A stretch of DNA of 248,000 nt from Rhodosorus marinus CCMP1338 (lineage: Eukaryota; Plantae; Rhodophyta). The notes below the pieces were generated by a model. It saw only the letters and a list, made by a program, of their open reading frames with translations, had not been told where the DNA came from and did not search any database. The position numbers and the translations under genes are program-made. This document shows positions 82,301 to 95,562 of the stretch, in pieces (within the stretch, counting starts at the first letter, position 1; the number at the start of each line of letters is the position of its first letter). The DNA lies in NCBI GenBank assembly GCA_029953675.1, contig JAMWBK010000004.1, positions 1,012,001 to 1,260,000 on the forward strand, read 5' to 3'.

Positions 82301-83081
82301 ATATTTTTGAGGAGAAGTGTTTAAATATAGTATACTATAAACTATAGTACTAAATTGAGCAATTGCTTTGGATTAACTTTATTTTTGCTGTTAAAGGCGA
82401 TATGCTTCTGAACAGTGGGCAAATCAAGACTCGGGAGACACCAGTGCGGGACAGGAAGTTCACCCTGTTGATGTGTAGGCGGGGGGGAGCAAGAAGCAAT
82501 TCTAAAGCCGGGCGCGGAATAAAGTCTCTATCGCTGAACAAGCTTGTCTGAAAAAAAAAATCACGCAAAACACGAGCGCGAAGAAAGGCGTTGGTTGTCA
82601 GCGGAAAATTTGATGAGTAAGTCGGGACAATGGATTTCCTCTCCTGACACCGATACTTGGTGTCAGGAGAGGAAATCCAGTATTACTTTGCTTTCCTTAG
82701 TTTTTCGATCGGTTTCTTTCGATACCGAAAAACGGAGGCTAGCGATCGTGTTGAGGTTGTGAGGACGCTGGACTTTAGGGACAGAGGAGCAGTTTTGCGG
82801 AAATACATTTTGACAGCATATTGTACTGTGCTTTGTGTGTTGATGAAATGTGTGACAAGTTTCGATACGGTTGGAATCGTCAGTGCGGAGAGGAATCAGG
82901 TTGCTCGGGATCGATATAGTGGATGTGAGCAGTGGACGTTTAAAGGCTGTGGCTATTGACTTGGGCGCTTCTGCTGAGGTGCGGTGTGGTTCTGGAGTGA
83001 AGTGGTTGGTGGTGGTGTTGGTCATGGGAGGTGCCAAGAGAATAGATAAGTAATTTGTCTTCGGGAGAGAGAGAGACTGCC

Positions 83082-84958
83082 ATGAGGCACTGTTTGACGA
83101 GCAGCAGTGTGGCTGCTTTAGTGTATATTTTACTAACTGCTACTTACGTTTGTGCTCTTCCTGTAGAGCGAGTGGGGACTAAACCAGCTCTAAGAATCAT
83201 TGACGGGGACGTGGTGACTGATGCCTCGAGGTATCCGTACATGGTTTACATCTCAGAATCCGGATTTGTAAAATGTTCTGGTGTTCTCGTGGGTCCCGAC
83301 ACGATCTTGACCGTCGCTCACTGTGCGGATTTTGGTTCTCTCGATGAGGTCGAAGCGTGTGCTGGGACAGTGGACAAGAACGTCAACCCCGGATTCTGTT
83401 CGCCGGTCCTCACAGTCCACGTACATCCGGGATTCAATCGCGACGAGAACGTAGCATCTGATCTGGCGGTTCTCAGACTATTCGAGCCGATCTATGACGT
83501 TCCAGCCCTGCGAATCAGTTACGATGAGCCAGAATACGGCGGCCAAACCACCTCCATAGGCTTTGGCGTCGACAACAACACTGGCTCGAAGCATCTGGAG
83601 ATTGACGGGAAGCTACGCCGCTACGATTCCCAGTCAATTGTATGGGAAAACTGTCAGTTCCTGCAGGAACTTCCTCGGTTCATACCGGTTCAGGACCCAT
83701 CCACACTGATCTGCTCGTCGTCGATGAACACTGAGCTGAACACCGTCACGTGTTATGGGGACAGCGGCAGTCCGCTGATCATGGAGGGAGAGACGCCCAG
83801 AGATGACCGAGCTATCGGAATCTTAAGCTTTGGAAAGTTTACCGAAGGCCTTGGTAAGTTTACACACTAAACATCGGTCGCGTAAGTCTGTGGCTTACGC
83901 CACCCGTTGTTGGCTCACCAGGATGCGATGGAAGTGGAGAAGATGTGTACGCGAACATGTACCACGAAGCCAATAAAACCTGGCTTCAGAGTTTGATTCC
84001 TGAGATACCTGATACGCTACCACCGACACCATCGCCGCCTCCACCAACGCCGTCGCCAACACCTCCGCCAACATCTCCGCCAACATCTCCGCCAACAACT
84101 CCGCCAACAACCCCGCCAACACCATCCGCGCTTCCTTCGACAGACCCCACGTCAACGGAACCTGCAGAAGAGACACCGACAAGCGTACCAGAGGAGACAG
84201 CGACGAGAGCACCAGAGGAGACGGCGACAAGCGCCCCAGACGAAACCGCGACAAGCACGCCAGAGGCGACGGCGACGTCGACGGCGACGGCGACGGCGGC
84301 TCCGGAGGGAACTCCGACACCCACTGAACCCATCTTCTTCACAGAAACACCCGAGCCGTCTCCGAGTGAGTCACCAGACGTTGTAAACCCACCCCCTATT
84401 GCAGTGGTCGCCGCATGCTTCCCAGGCGCCGCTAGTGTTGAACTTGAGGACGGTTCCAACAAGACGATGAGCGAGCTGAAGGCTGGGGACCGCGTACTGG
84501 TGTCTAACGGAGCATACAGTGATGTCTACGCCTTTGGTCATAAAGACGCCGAGATCGTGACTGAGTTTATCAAGGTGGAAGTAGACAAGGCCACGATTGA
84601 GCTATCGCCAAGTCACTACCTCATTGTAGACGGCGGAGTGAAGCCGGCGCACCTGGTTGTTGAGGGAGATCGCGTACGACTGGGTGACGGCGAGATCGTG
84701 GTGGTGAGGAAACTCACACGGGTCACTAGACAAGGGCTCTACAATCCGCATACTCTGGATGGGACAATTGTTGTAGACGACGTCCTCGCGTCCACCTTCA
84801 CCGAGGCCGTCCATCCGATCCTAGGTAACTTGCTCCTGTTCATACCACGAACGCTATACAGACTCGGAATCGCGGAACCTTTAGGATCGATGCTGTACAA
84901 CGATCCCCCATCTATCGTCAGGAGCGTTGCTGCTACCGCCTCAAAATGGGTACAGTGA
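83082..84958 (+). CDS. Secreted trypsin-like serine protease, Pro/Thr linker and Hedgehog-type Hint (Hog) domain; intron 83854-83921
   Basis: TVAHC, SDLAV, GDSGSP triad; A|CFPG, LSPSHYL, TLDGTIVVDDVLASTF. Confidence 0.9.
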
Positions 84959-85099
84959 AATAGGCTTTTTGATTGTTATTAAAGACTGACTTTGTAGTTG
85001 TGAAGTGTGAAGAGCAAAGACGGACAGCGGCTTCAGGTCACCAACTCACCCTCCTCTACCTCGGCCCCCTTTTTTGGGCGTGGAAGCCAAGAAACTGAA

Positions 85100-86200
85100 T
85101 GCCCTGCTCAGCTGAGCTAGGAAGTTGTGACCATACGTGGATGTGCGACTTCCGCTACCGTATCCAAATGGATCCAGTGTAGTCGGGTTTTCGCTTGTTG
85201 TTAAAGACTATATCTTCAGTTTACGAACGGTGTACGCAATAGAGACGGACATCGGCTTCAGAGCCATTCGCTTGCGAATTGGCATGTGCATGAAGTAGGC
85301 TTTTCTCATTTTAGATGCATACTCTCATGGCACCCCGGAGCCTCGATTCAGATCCATTCACAGGTGAGTTTGCGAACCCTCGTTGCGTTCGAGATGTTCA
85401 GCAGCTTCTTTGAAGAAATTTTGTGCGGCTTGACCACGTCGTCCAAACCCTTCGACGGCGAAAGATACAAATTGGAAGTCATTGTGATCACCGATGGTAT
85501 CACAATATTTGGCTCGCTTCCATTCTTCAGCGTTGACTGCAGCATAACCGGTTTGACCGACGGCACGAGCGACTTCATGGACTCTTAGCGGGGACTCTAC
85601 GTTGACATCAAGAATGTACTGCTTACGGGTACGATGATGACGAACAGCAATGTCGGGTCGGAGACGACTACTCTAAAAAAAGTTAGGGTTACACTAACTT
85701 GAATCTCATGAAGGTGCGCCCGCCGCAGGTGACGCGCAAGATCAAGAATGCAGTTATGTCTCAAAGCCCAATTCCCAGCTGAAGTTGAACGGTGGAATAA
85801 GCCTGGAATCCTATCCGGAACATTGAGTGTCACACAGACGGTGCATTGAGGGGTAAAAGAAGGCGCACGGAGCAGCAGCCAGCGCCTGCATCAGAAGCAG
85901 ACACTGGCACAAGTACAATCATTAAGAGCAGAATTATCCACGGTATGCTCAAATGCTCTACGATGACTCTCCTGAGAGTAGATTTGTTGTGGAGGACCAG
86001 CGAGCGTAGGATTAAAGGAGATTGCAGAAGCTGACGGAAGAGCTTTAGACCAGAGAGCGAGCGTTCGAATACGAGCAGGAGTGCGGGAGCTGAGTCTGGG
86101 ACTCGTGCAGCGGCTAGCGAGCAAGAGCTACTGTCCCAGGTGATCCGCAGAACTTACAAGATCTTCGAGGAGAAATTCCGCAATGCGATTGGCATCAAGA
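85100..86200. mobile_element. CRE family C remnants
   Basis: RHNCILDLARHLR; RSDPTLLFVIIVP; YLSPSKGLD pieces. Confidence 0.6.
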
Positions 86201-86949
86201 CACGCCGTCACCAGGCGTCACAGAGACGCACTGCCAGCGGAATTATATAAAGAGTGCGAAACCAAGCCGCGTGAAAAGCATTCGGTTCAATGCGAACACG
86301 CGTAGCAAGGCCGAGCCACCGCACTTTCCAGGCAGCCGAATTTGGGCTTTCACGATATCCAGCTGCTGTTGGAGCATAGGTGGACTTCCACCCAACTTCC
86401 AACTTGTGCAAGGTGATCACGTCCACTTCAGCATCAATAACTTCGCCAAAAGGCAGAGCGAAGCACCTGAGATGATAATCCAGTCGGGGACCAGCACAGT
86501 AGCGAAAGAGTGCAGCGCAGCTTCAACTGCAACTCGGCTTCGGGGAATTTCTATGTGATGACTTTTGCAAGTTCAGTATACGTAAATAATCAGCTAATGT
86601 AGGATTTTGATGTGACCTGTTGTCTGTAATTATGTTTTTTAGCTAGCCTTGCTTGATCATCTTTTGAGTCGGACTATCTTAAATTAGGATAGTAGAGCAA
86701 GATTAACTTTTGATTTATTTCTTTGTTATACTGAATGAATTGGTTTAATCGGAGTCTGAATGAAAAAAGAACCCAGAGGGGAAAAAAAAAGACTAAGCGC
86801 GGCGAAGATTGCGCGCCTCCAACATGATAGCGGCGTACATACGCCACAGTGTAATACTTGAGAATATTAAGAATTTACGGCCTATCTGAGAGGTGCCGTG
86901 TCAGACTGGGTCTCGGACGGGGGCGGGGGAACGCCGCGCGGGGTCGATT

Positions 86950-87633
86950 TCAAAGGGCAGTGTACGTGTACTCGATGTTCTGCCTAGCAGTGGAGCAGGG
87001 GAAATCCTTGGTGCAGACAGAGTACCTACGAATAGTCTGGAGCTCCGTGGGGCCTCGTGCAAGGTCGTTGAGTTCGATGACGGTTTCGCCTATGAGCTCG
87101 TCCCTTGTGTATCTGTCCGAGTCCTTAAGCGAGATGCGAATCTCGGTGTAAAAGTCATAGCCGAAATCTAATGTAGTCTTCAGATCCTTACCCTCCAACA
87201 TGTTCTCAAAGACACCCGTCTTCGATTTGACGGTTTCCCCGTAGTAAGTCTTCGCCTCAACCTCGACGAAGTAGTCAGAAAAGTCCGAATCGTTGAAGAC
87301 ACTCCCCCATGCTGAGTCGTCCTTATCAGGAACTACACCAATAAACTCTCTAACGGAGACCCTCAGCTTCCCGTAAGGCCTCGTGCACTGTTTCAGCGAC
87401 CATCCCCTCTTGCAGGAGCACTTGTATCCTGTCGAGTAGTCCCGGCATGTCGATCCATTCCTACAAAGATCCGAGCTACACATCGGCACAGGCGGCTTCG
87501 GGTCTGAACCTCCCGGTCCCGAGCCGGGGTTGAACGGTGGATCGATACTTCCTCCAAGTCGAATTGCACTGGCGGAGCTGGCGAGAACCGCCAGTACGAG
87601 CCCCACAACACAAACTTGAGTGTACTTGGCCAT
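86950..87633 (-). CDS. Secreted EGF plus C2-domain protein (paralog of 43480..44013)
   Basis: Signal peptide; CSSDLCRNGSTCRDYSTGYKCSCKRGWSLKQC; SDYFVEV..ISLKDSD..DELIG. Confidence 0.8.
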   Translation of the reverse strand: MAKYTQVCVVGLVLAVLASSASAIRLGGSIDPPFNPGSGPGGSDPKPPVPMCSSDLCRNGSTCRDYSTGYKCSCKRGWSLKQCTRPYGKLRVSVREFIGVVPDKDDSAWGSVFNDSDFSDYFVEVEAKTYYGETVKSKTGVFENMLEGKDLKTTLDFGYDFYTEIRISLKDSDRYTRDELIGETVIELNDLARGPTELQTIRRYSVCTKDFPCSTARQNIEYTYTAL

Positions 87634-88899
87634 CTCCTGCTTCTTTCAGTTCTTCTTCTTCTATCGTCGTGTTCTCACAGTAACGATCTGTTTTGATGTA
87701 TGGCACTTCAACTAGCCAGTGTCTGAGGTGGACCCCAACACTCCGCTCTTATAGTCGAAGACTCGAGGCGTTAGAACTTTAGCGTGCACGTGTCGTTCAT
87801 TGAAACGTATGGAGCCTTTTGCGATACTCTGCAAGCTGGCCCTTTCATGGGCACGCAAGATGATTGATGGTGTCGCCCCTAGTGAATGTCACTATTTTCC
87901 TATCATCCTAGTTCCACACCCAGTCTCCGCGGCGTTTTTCGCGATGATCGCTAGCCCTCGCATAGGGGCGTGCCATCGAAGTGAAGCTAAATGCTGCAGA
88001 ACGTAATCCGCTTGCAAGTACCTGAATCTGAGCTCTGTAATTTGCGTTCAGTGAATTCTCAAGTCCCGAGCGATTGGGAATCCCAAGGACTCGTCCCTGA
88101 CTCAAAGTTTATTGAACGGACGAAAACGAATTGCCCACAGCTGTCGAGCTTGATGTCAGGATCAAGAGATGCGCTTGAATGTGCTTTCCCCATATTCACG
88201 TAGAGCGGGCTCCCTTGTGCACCTCTTTAGCTACGCATTCACACCCAAGGCACTACTGCACGCACCCCTTCCCCCGCTCGCTCCAAACTCAAACCCCTCA
88301 TAATGGGACCATCAAACAACATTCAAGAGGGGCTGCACTATATAGCCGCATCGCCTGAGCACGACCTCTCTCGCGAGAAGGCTCACAATTAAGAGAACCG
88401 CCCGTCGGGAGGGCTGACACTGGAATCAATCTCCTCAAATTAACCTTGATTGAATAAGACTAAATAATAAGATTAATAATATTATTTTTATTAAATCCCT
88501 GTCCAATTCAATCCACGTGGCTCGGACGAGGGATTTTAATAACAATATTATTATTGTAAATATTTAGTACTCCGTGGTTTGTTCTATTTGTACTAGTAGT
88601 TTTTCAACCTGAAGATCTACGCAGAGTTCAAAAGGGAACTGTGACCGTTTATTCCAACTACTTAGCGTGAATCAATCTGTTCAATGGGGCGCTGAAAGGA
88701 AGAAAACGCGAGGGGAAGAAAGCGACTAAGCACGGCGAAGATCGCCCCCCTCCAACATCAAAGCAGCGTTCATACGCTACACAAGAAACTTAAACGGTTA
88801 AGCGACGAGGACAGACGGTCAGGGCGTTCGCGGAACAATTCCCGAAACTACTGAATGTAGCGCTAGGGATACGCAAGAAAAGTTCGATAGGCTAGGCTA

Positions 88900-91800
88900 A
88901 GGAGACCCCAGAGCGGGTAAGAAGGCTGAATTCTATGGGAAACAGTGTCCGAACACTTTCATCATTAAGCATGGCATGGCGCCAAGCGAGCCATGCCAAC
89001 GTAAGAAAAGTACGATAGGCTAGGCTAAGGAGACCCCAGAGCGGGTAAGAAGACTGAATTCTATGGGAAACAGTGTCCGAACACTTTCATGATTAAGCAT
89101 GGCATGGCGCCAAGCGAGCCGTACCACGCCAGAGTTCTCGATTCAGACACACGTGCACGAGAGTTTGCGCGTCCGCCTTGCGTTCGAGATGTTGAGTAGC
89201 CTCTTTTAGGAAATCTCGTGCGGCTTGACCACGTCGTCCAAACCCTTTGACGGCGAAAGGTACAAATTAAAAGTCATTGTGATCACCGATGGTATCACTA
89301 TATTTGGCTCTTTTCCGTGCTTCAGCATTGACTGCATGCATAGCCGGTTTGACCAACGGCACGAGCGACTAGATGGACTCCTAGCGGGGATTCTACGTTG
89401 ACATCAAGAATATACTCATTACGGGTACGATGATGACGAACAGCAATGTCGGGTCGGAGACGGCTACCCTCAAAAAGGTTGGGGTTACCGTGAACGCTTT
89501 ACTAAAGGACTCTCTATTGGAGCCCGTAAGGAGGAATTAAAGAGTCTATCTATGCGTTAAAAAAACCCTCATGGGTTATGTGGCTAGGTTCTACTACAGG
89601 GATGATCTCATAGTTCCCTTCGTCAATTCGGGGCGCCTGCGGGCAAGTGGTGCATTCCCTTTCCATAAGGATCGGTCAGAATCGCGCGTGCGTTGCTGAA
89701 TTGTGTCGATGGGTGTTGCAAGTTCAGGGTCACCTCTTTCAAGAATTCATCAGCTTGCTTACCCATCCTACCGAACGTCTCCACGCAGGAGGGCACGAAA
89801 ATGTCGTCATTGTGAGCTCCGATCGCATCCCGGTACTTGGACTCTTTAAACTTCTCGGCCTTCTGCCCCTGTTTCCCAGGACGCATCGTGTAGGTAGGTC
89901 TTTCGCATCGGCGAGTCTTTGACGTCGATCACGTACAGCTTCCCTGTCCGAGGATGGCGTGCTAAAATATCCGGTCGAAGGTGGCTGCCTGGGTAGTGTC
90001 CGCTCGGTTCCAGCGTCACCTCCAGTCTCCATTGTCTCACTTGTGTAGCAAGAGCGTCCCGGACAATATTGTGTCGCAGGGCCCAGCTCCCTGTAGAACT
90101 GGTGCAGTGGTACCGGCTTTGAACGGCTACAGAGTCATTCAAGGCCGGTACCACTGCACACATAGTACATGTACTAAGTGTTCGTACTCGCGCAACCGGC
90201 AATCCCAGCAGTTGTCTCAGGCTTAGGTTCACTTCGTCTGTGTTCAGACGGCGCGGGTGTCTCGAGGAGAAGTCTCGCAGCCAGGCGCTCCCTCCTGATC
90301 CGGTGCAGGAACTGAAACGCGCACGCACCGTCTCACTCATCCCCGGGTTCTCCACCGATTCTTCAAACGCCGTCTGTGCCTCCAGTTCGATAGGAGTTTT
90401 TGGATGGAACCGATCATGGGCTTTTCGGCGGGATTTTGCGGATTCCCGTCTTCTTCCCCTGTGGCAAAGCGATTTCCAGTCCATATTGCAGAGGACTGGT
90501 GCCTGAGTTCTTCGTGCAAGGCTGCGTTTCGACTGCAGGCTTGCTTCAAGGATGAGTTCGCTTAGTTTTTGAGTCGAATGCGTCAGTGGTCGAGGACCAC
90601 GGTCTTCGTCTAAGTTCGTTGTCGTACACGAATGGCGTAGCTCGTCTAGGTTCTAGAATCCGTCCAGTTGTGCTCGAGAGTCTGTCGCCCACTGCTGAAA
90701 AAGGCAAGGGGTTGTATCCTTCCGCGCATTGTCAGACGTACTCCACCCGAGCGGCAGGGGAGTTGGATCTGCGCTTGAACCGCGTCTTTTTCGGCTTCAG
90801 AGAGTCCTTGTCCTTCTAGAAGCGAGCTGTAAAGTTTGTTGAGCTCTATCAGTGATATGCGATCTGCTTCTAGTGCTAGAGTTGCACCGTATGGCAGTGC
90901 CAAGCTGCGGAGAAAGTAGTACCAGGTGAGCTGCCGCAATGTGCATGGCGTGTTCGCATTCACCGCTGACCGAAATGCCGAGTTGTTCCGGGAGGAGAAA
91001 GTCGCGAAGGGGCTGGGCGACTGCGCGAAGTGTCCACGGGGTCACAGCCATCCTCAGCACCTCAGGAATCCCGAGCGGGCGGAGGCGAAGTGGCTCTCCT
91101 TGTGAGGTGGCGGCAGGGGTCCTCTAGTCTTTGGCAAGCTGTCGGTTACTGCGCATGGCATCTAGAAAGACGTCCGGAAAGCTCTCTGGAGTGGTAGCGA
91201 GCTGGCGGAGAATGCGGAGGAGCACCGGTTGGGTTGTCATGGCCAGGTATCGCAGGTGCTCAGCTTTAAGGCCACTCGGTGCGGGGGCAGTGGCGTACTG
91301 TAATTGTTCGACCGTTGACAGTAGGCTCTCGTCAGAGGCCAGAGTAGGTCCCAAACGTGTCTGTCTGGGCGAGACAGTATTGCCTGTAGGGCGTCCTCGA
91401 GCTCAGACGAGAGAGTTGTGGCCTAGTACTCCGGGAAGACCGCTGTCAGAGCTCGCCAGGTGCGGAGGTTTTCGGCGCGATATCAGTGGCCAGCAGGAGT
91501 TGACTAGATTGCGAGAGGCGTTGAGCTTTGGCGAGTTGAATCGCTCGTTTGTGTCCATGGCGCGCGGGAGTCGGCGGAGATATGGTATTGTCGCCGTCGC
91601 GGGTTCCGCGGTGGTTGGTGGCGTGCTCCCACACTTTGTCGAACCTTCCGTTCATGATTTCGGTCATCTGCGCAAAAGGGGCCAGATCTTCAGTGCGTCC
91701 CAGTGCAAGGCTTGGGAGAGACGAAGATGAACAGTCTTGACAAGTCCGGAGCCGAGGGGTCGAGAGCGAGGTCCAGGTCCAGGGCGGTGGCCATGAGGCG

Positions 91801-93500
91801 GTTCCAACGAGTTTTTAGGTTGTCCGGAACGAACTGGCGGGTACGCCTCGGTGCTTGAGTGAGCAGCCACCAGCGGGCCCCGTTGTCAGTCATATTGGCA
91901 GTAAAGGCGTGCAGAGATGAGAGGCAAGCCGTCGAGTCAGTCTCCAGAACCGATGAAGTAGAATTGGTAGATCGTTTGCGGCGAGCACGAGCCGAGCGCA
92001 GGGAAGCAGGTGGACTCGGAGTATATTCGTCGGACGAGCTGCTCATTGTTGGATATTCAAAGAGGGGGCGGTCGGGAGGTCCTCATCAGCTGGCTTCTGG
92101 CGCTTGGTGGGTTGTGCCATATTCCTCTGGTCTTGGGCCGTCGAAATGCCCTGCATCGCTCCTCAGGGGTCACTGGTTGACCGCTAGCGATGGAGGGGTC
92201 AGGCTCAGAGGCTAGTCGACCACCGGCTGTCGCGACAGGCGTGCCAGGCGTGTTGTCCTTCCGAGCATCTGGGACTTGGGCCCCCAAGGCGTTGTCTCGG
92301 CAAGGGGTTCCGCACTCTCCCTCCCCAGGGCCCAGCTGTGGGCTTGCGTCAGGGGTAGGTCGTGGTTGTGTGAGCTCAGGGTCCTGGAAGGGGACCGGGA
92401 TACAGGAACCTGGTGTGCTCTGAGCGTGCGAGTGTAGACTGGCCAGGGTGCGATCCAGCTCAGCTCGGACGTGGCTGAGGAGTTTCTCCCGGGTGTTGGG
92501 AGGGAGTCCCCTGCGGCTTTGCGCGATCCGTTGGATGCGTCGGTATCGTAGCCGGTTGTGGATCAATGTTACGCGTGGATAGTCCTCGAGTCGACGTCGA
92601 AGCTTCTCTCTCATGCGCAAGTAGTCCATAGAGGTCGCAGAGAGCTTAACCACCTGGATTCGTTAGCCAGAAGAGAGGTTGCCGCGAGTAGGTTGGAATG
92701 TTCCGGCATTCACAGAGTCCCGGACCAGTTTCAGGGTGGACCGTTGTGCGATAATGTGCACATGGTGGTCAAAACAGTCCAGCTGGAGCAAGGGGTTCTT
92801 CTGGAGTCCAGCAAGGCGTTCGATATCCCACGCGTGAGTGGCTTTGCTTCTGCTTGCGTCTCGACGTCTCGCGTTGAGGAGCACGGAGGCGATGTCGGCC
92901 TTGCTCAGGTATTCCGTTCCTTGAATACTCTCAAAAACTGAGCAATTGGCGGCAGCAGATGTTCGGTTCGAGCGGACACGTGTCGTCCAATTCATTGGTC
93001 GGTGGGGTTCTCCGTGCGTGCTCATTGGCGGTGGCTACCCGAATCTCATGCAGGAGCCACCGCGTTCATCACGACTGAGAATATGTCGCAAAGTCCAGTT
93101 CCCGGCCGAAGTTGAGGAGTGGAATAAGCGTTCAATCCCATCCGGAGCGGAGCATGAGGTTTGGCACGGACTGTCCATTCAGCGGTAGTGCGAAGACCCG
93201 GTATCGGCCAGCTCCAAAAGAAGGCGTAGCCGTAGCGAGTTTCTGAGGTGGAAAGGAGTTCTAACCCCCGGCTAGGGAGGTCACGGAGCCAGCTGCCAGC
93301 GCCAGCACCAGAACGTGGCCGACATCGACGCCTTAGTGCTCTCAACGCGAGACCTCGAGACGAAAGCAGAAGCAAAGCCACTCACGCGTGAGATATCGAA
93401 CGCCTTGTCGGACTCCAAAAGAACTCCTTGCTCCAGCTGGACTATTTTGATCACCATGATCTGACACGGGCACGAGTGCAATCGGCAACAGCAGGATTAT
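88900..93500. mobile_element. Degenerate, partly inverted long CRE family C copy or copies
   Basis: RLE 89846..90484; RT-flanking motifs APAPSGLKAEHLRYL and QLGISVSGECE; inverted pair 92776-92885 / 93337-93443. Confidence 0.7.
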
Positions 93501-94530
93501 CCACGACATCCTCAAACGCTCTACGGTGACTCTCCTGAGAGAATAGTTGTTGTACGGACCAATCGAGGGGAGGGTTGAGGGAGGCCGGAACGGCAGCAGC
93601 TTACCTAAGGGCTAGCTTCCACAGCATTAAGAACAACTGTCGAATTCTCCCGAGAAGGTCCACGCAGACTCCTCTAGTATCAAGGGGGGTTTGTCAATGC
93701 CCTAGTATGGTTGGCTAAGCTACGCAGCAGTAGAAAACCCAGTAAGAGAATGGCAGCGCAGAAACTCCTCACCTGTTCCAGATATGTTGACATCCGTAAC
93801 AGATAGACGGTGTCTTTGCAGGTTAACACCTGTCAAACATGCAGGGCAACCCATGCAAACTAGAATGACAGCTCAGAGACTAACGTCTGTCGGGTCATTC
93901 TCTCCCAGGGTTTTCCACTCTTGCCTTCATCTTTTCTGCTTTCATTCTAATTGAAAGTCATTCTCTTGTTCATCTATTTCGTTTCTCAAGCGTCTGGGAC
94001 ATTCTCATGCTATTGCCGTACGCTGCGTCTTTCCAAGCCTGCGGCAACTTACTCGTGCAATCTCCGTATAATCTCCGGGCTTCCGTCGTGGACAATGTCA
94101 CGATGACCGCCAAGGTAGAGCGGAGCTGGTGGTCTTGCTCTTGCTGTTGTACACTGGGACTGAAAGCGATGAGTGCGCAGCAGGGATTAGATTGCTAGGC
94201 GGCTTGACATACTCTGAGACACATCAACCTTGTCCCATCCGTCGAGCTGTCCAGATGTGACAAAGGGGGGGAAGGGTTTGGTCTTGGTATTGGTCGGGCT
94301 TCCCTTGAAGCGGCTTTCGTGGGCCGAGGCCTTTATTTCTCGATCAGTGGCGTTCTTGGTTCGTAGGCCCCATAGGTTCATGGAAAAAGCAACAAAGTAA
94401 GAGGAGGACAAATTGGGATGGATTCTCTTTCCTGGTCTCCAGGCGAATAGACCAATCAAAGCACTTTCCCACATGGCCACCCTCGAAGATCCCCAATTCC
94501 TCCCTTCGAAGCATTCTAGTAAGACGGCTT

Positions 94531-95562
94531 TCAGTTCTCAAGGACAACACCTCTCTGCTCGGTGTGAAGGACCTTACCGCCTTTGTTACTAATAGTGACG
94601 CGAATTATGTAGTTCGTGTTTTCTTTGAGGTCACCGTAGGTCAACGTGAGCGTGACACTTCCCGGGCCAGGAGCGACATTCGCCTTGGCCTGACTGAGAC
94701 GCCTCCTCGTGTTTCTCAGTTCAGCCTTAACCACACGGCCGTTAGAGACGTCCGATTTCGCGACATAGTAAACCTTCACGGGGAGACTCCCACTGCCTGG
94801 AATGGTCTGGTACTTGCTGAGAAGCGAAGCGTGATCGTAGAGTCGTAAAAATACGGGTTGTTCCACTGTTTGACCTCCCATTTCAGCGACTACCGTATAG
94901 GGTCCGTTCGCTCCAGTAAGCCCGCTATACTTCAGAGGGCCAATATTCAGCATATCCCCATAGCCACGACCAATGTTCACCGTCTTCTCAGCAACTACAC
95001 CGCCTCCGCCGTTTTGCAGACGGACAGAGAGAGTTCCCGCTGCGGTGCTGCCCCAGCTGACCCTCGCCCAGTAGGGTCCTCTGCCAGTGATCTTCCCGCG
95101 GTTAACGTTCGGTGGGATTTGAAGAGAGTTGGAAGTTGGAGGCGTAGGCCTGTTCTCTGCCTTGGCGACATAGAGATCTGTTGCAAGAGGGTTTCCGAAG
95201 TCACCGCCAGGTTGCAGCACATCCGCTCGGACTACATAGAACTGTCCGGTCTGGAGTGGTGGATTGAAGAACGCTAGTAGCACATCACGCTGCCCGGATC
95301 CCGCCCCGACAGAGATTTTCTTGAACTTGTTGAACCCAGCCGATGACACCGGTTTGATGAAAACAATGATTTCGGTAGCTGCACTGCTCTGGTACTGCAT
95401 CATCACCTTGACACCAGAAGTCTTCACCATCTGCCTCTTGTTCACGATCGTGATGGAGGCCGGTGCCTGACGAACAGAGGTATCCAAGGACACACCTCCA
95501 TTCTCACCAAACACGGCGACGCTCAACAGGCAGAATGCCAAAACCCACAAGCGAACCCCCAT
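94531..95562 (-). CDS. Secreted protein with three tandem beta-sandwich modules
   Basis: Signal peptide; repeats V..Y.S....I.V...V.AGSG...L...L..G..Y. Confidence 0.75.
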   Translation of the reverse strand: MGVRLWVLAFCLLSVAVFGENGGVSLDTSVRQAPASITIVNKRQMVKTSGVKVMMQYQSSAATEIIVFIKPVSSAGFNKFKKISVGAGSGQRDVLLAFFNPPLQTGQFYVVRADVLQPGGDFGNPLATDLYVAKAENRPTPPTSNSLQIPPNVNRGKITGRGPYWARVSWGSTAAGTLSVRLQNGGGGVVAEKTVNIGRGYGDMLNIGPLKYSGLTGANGPYTVVAEMGGQTVEQPVFLRLYDHASLLSKYQTIPGSGSLPVKVYYVAKSDVSNGRVVKAELRNTRRRLSQAKANVAPGPGSVTLTLTYGDLKENTNYIIRVTISNKGGKVLHTEQRGVVLEN

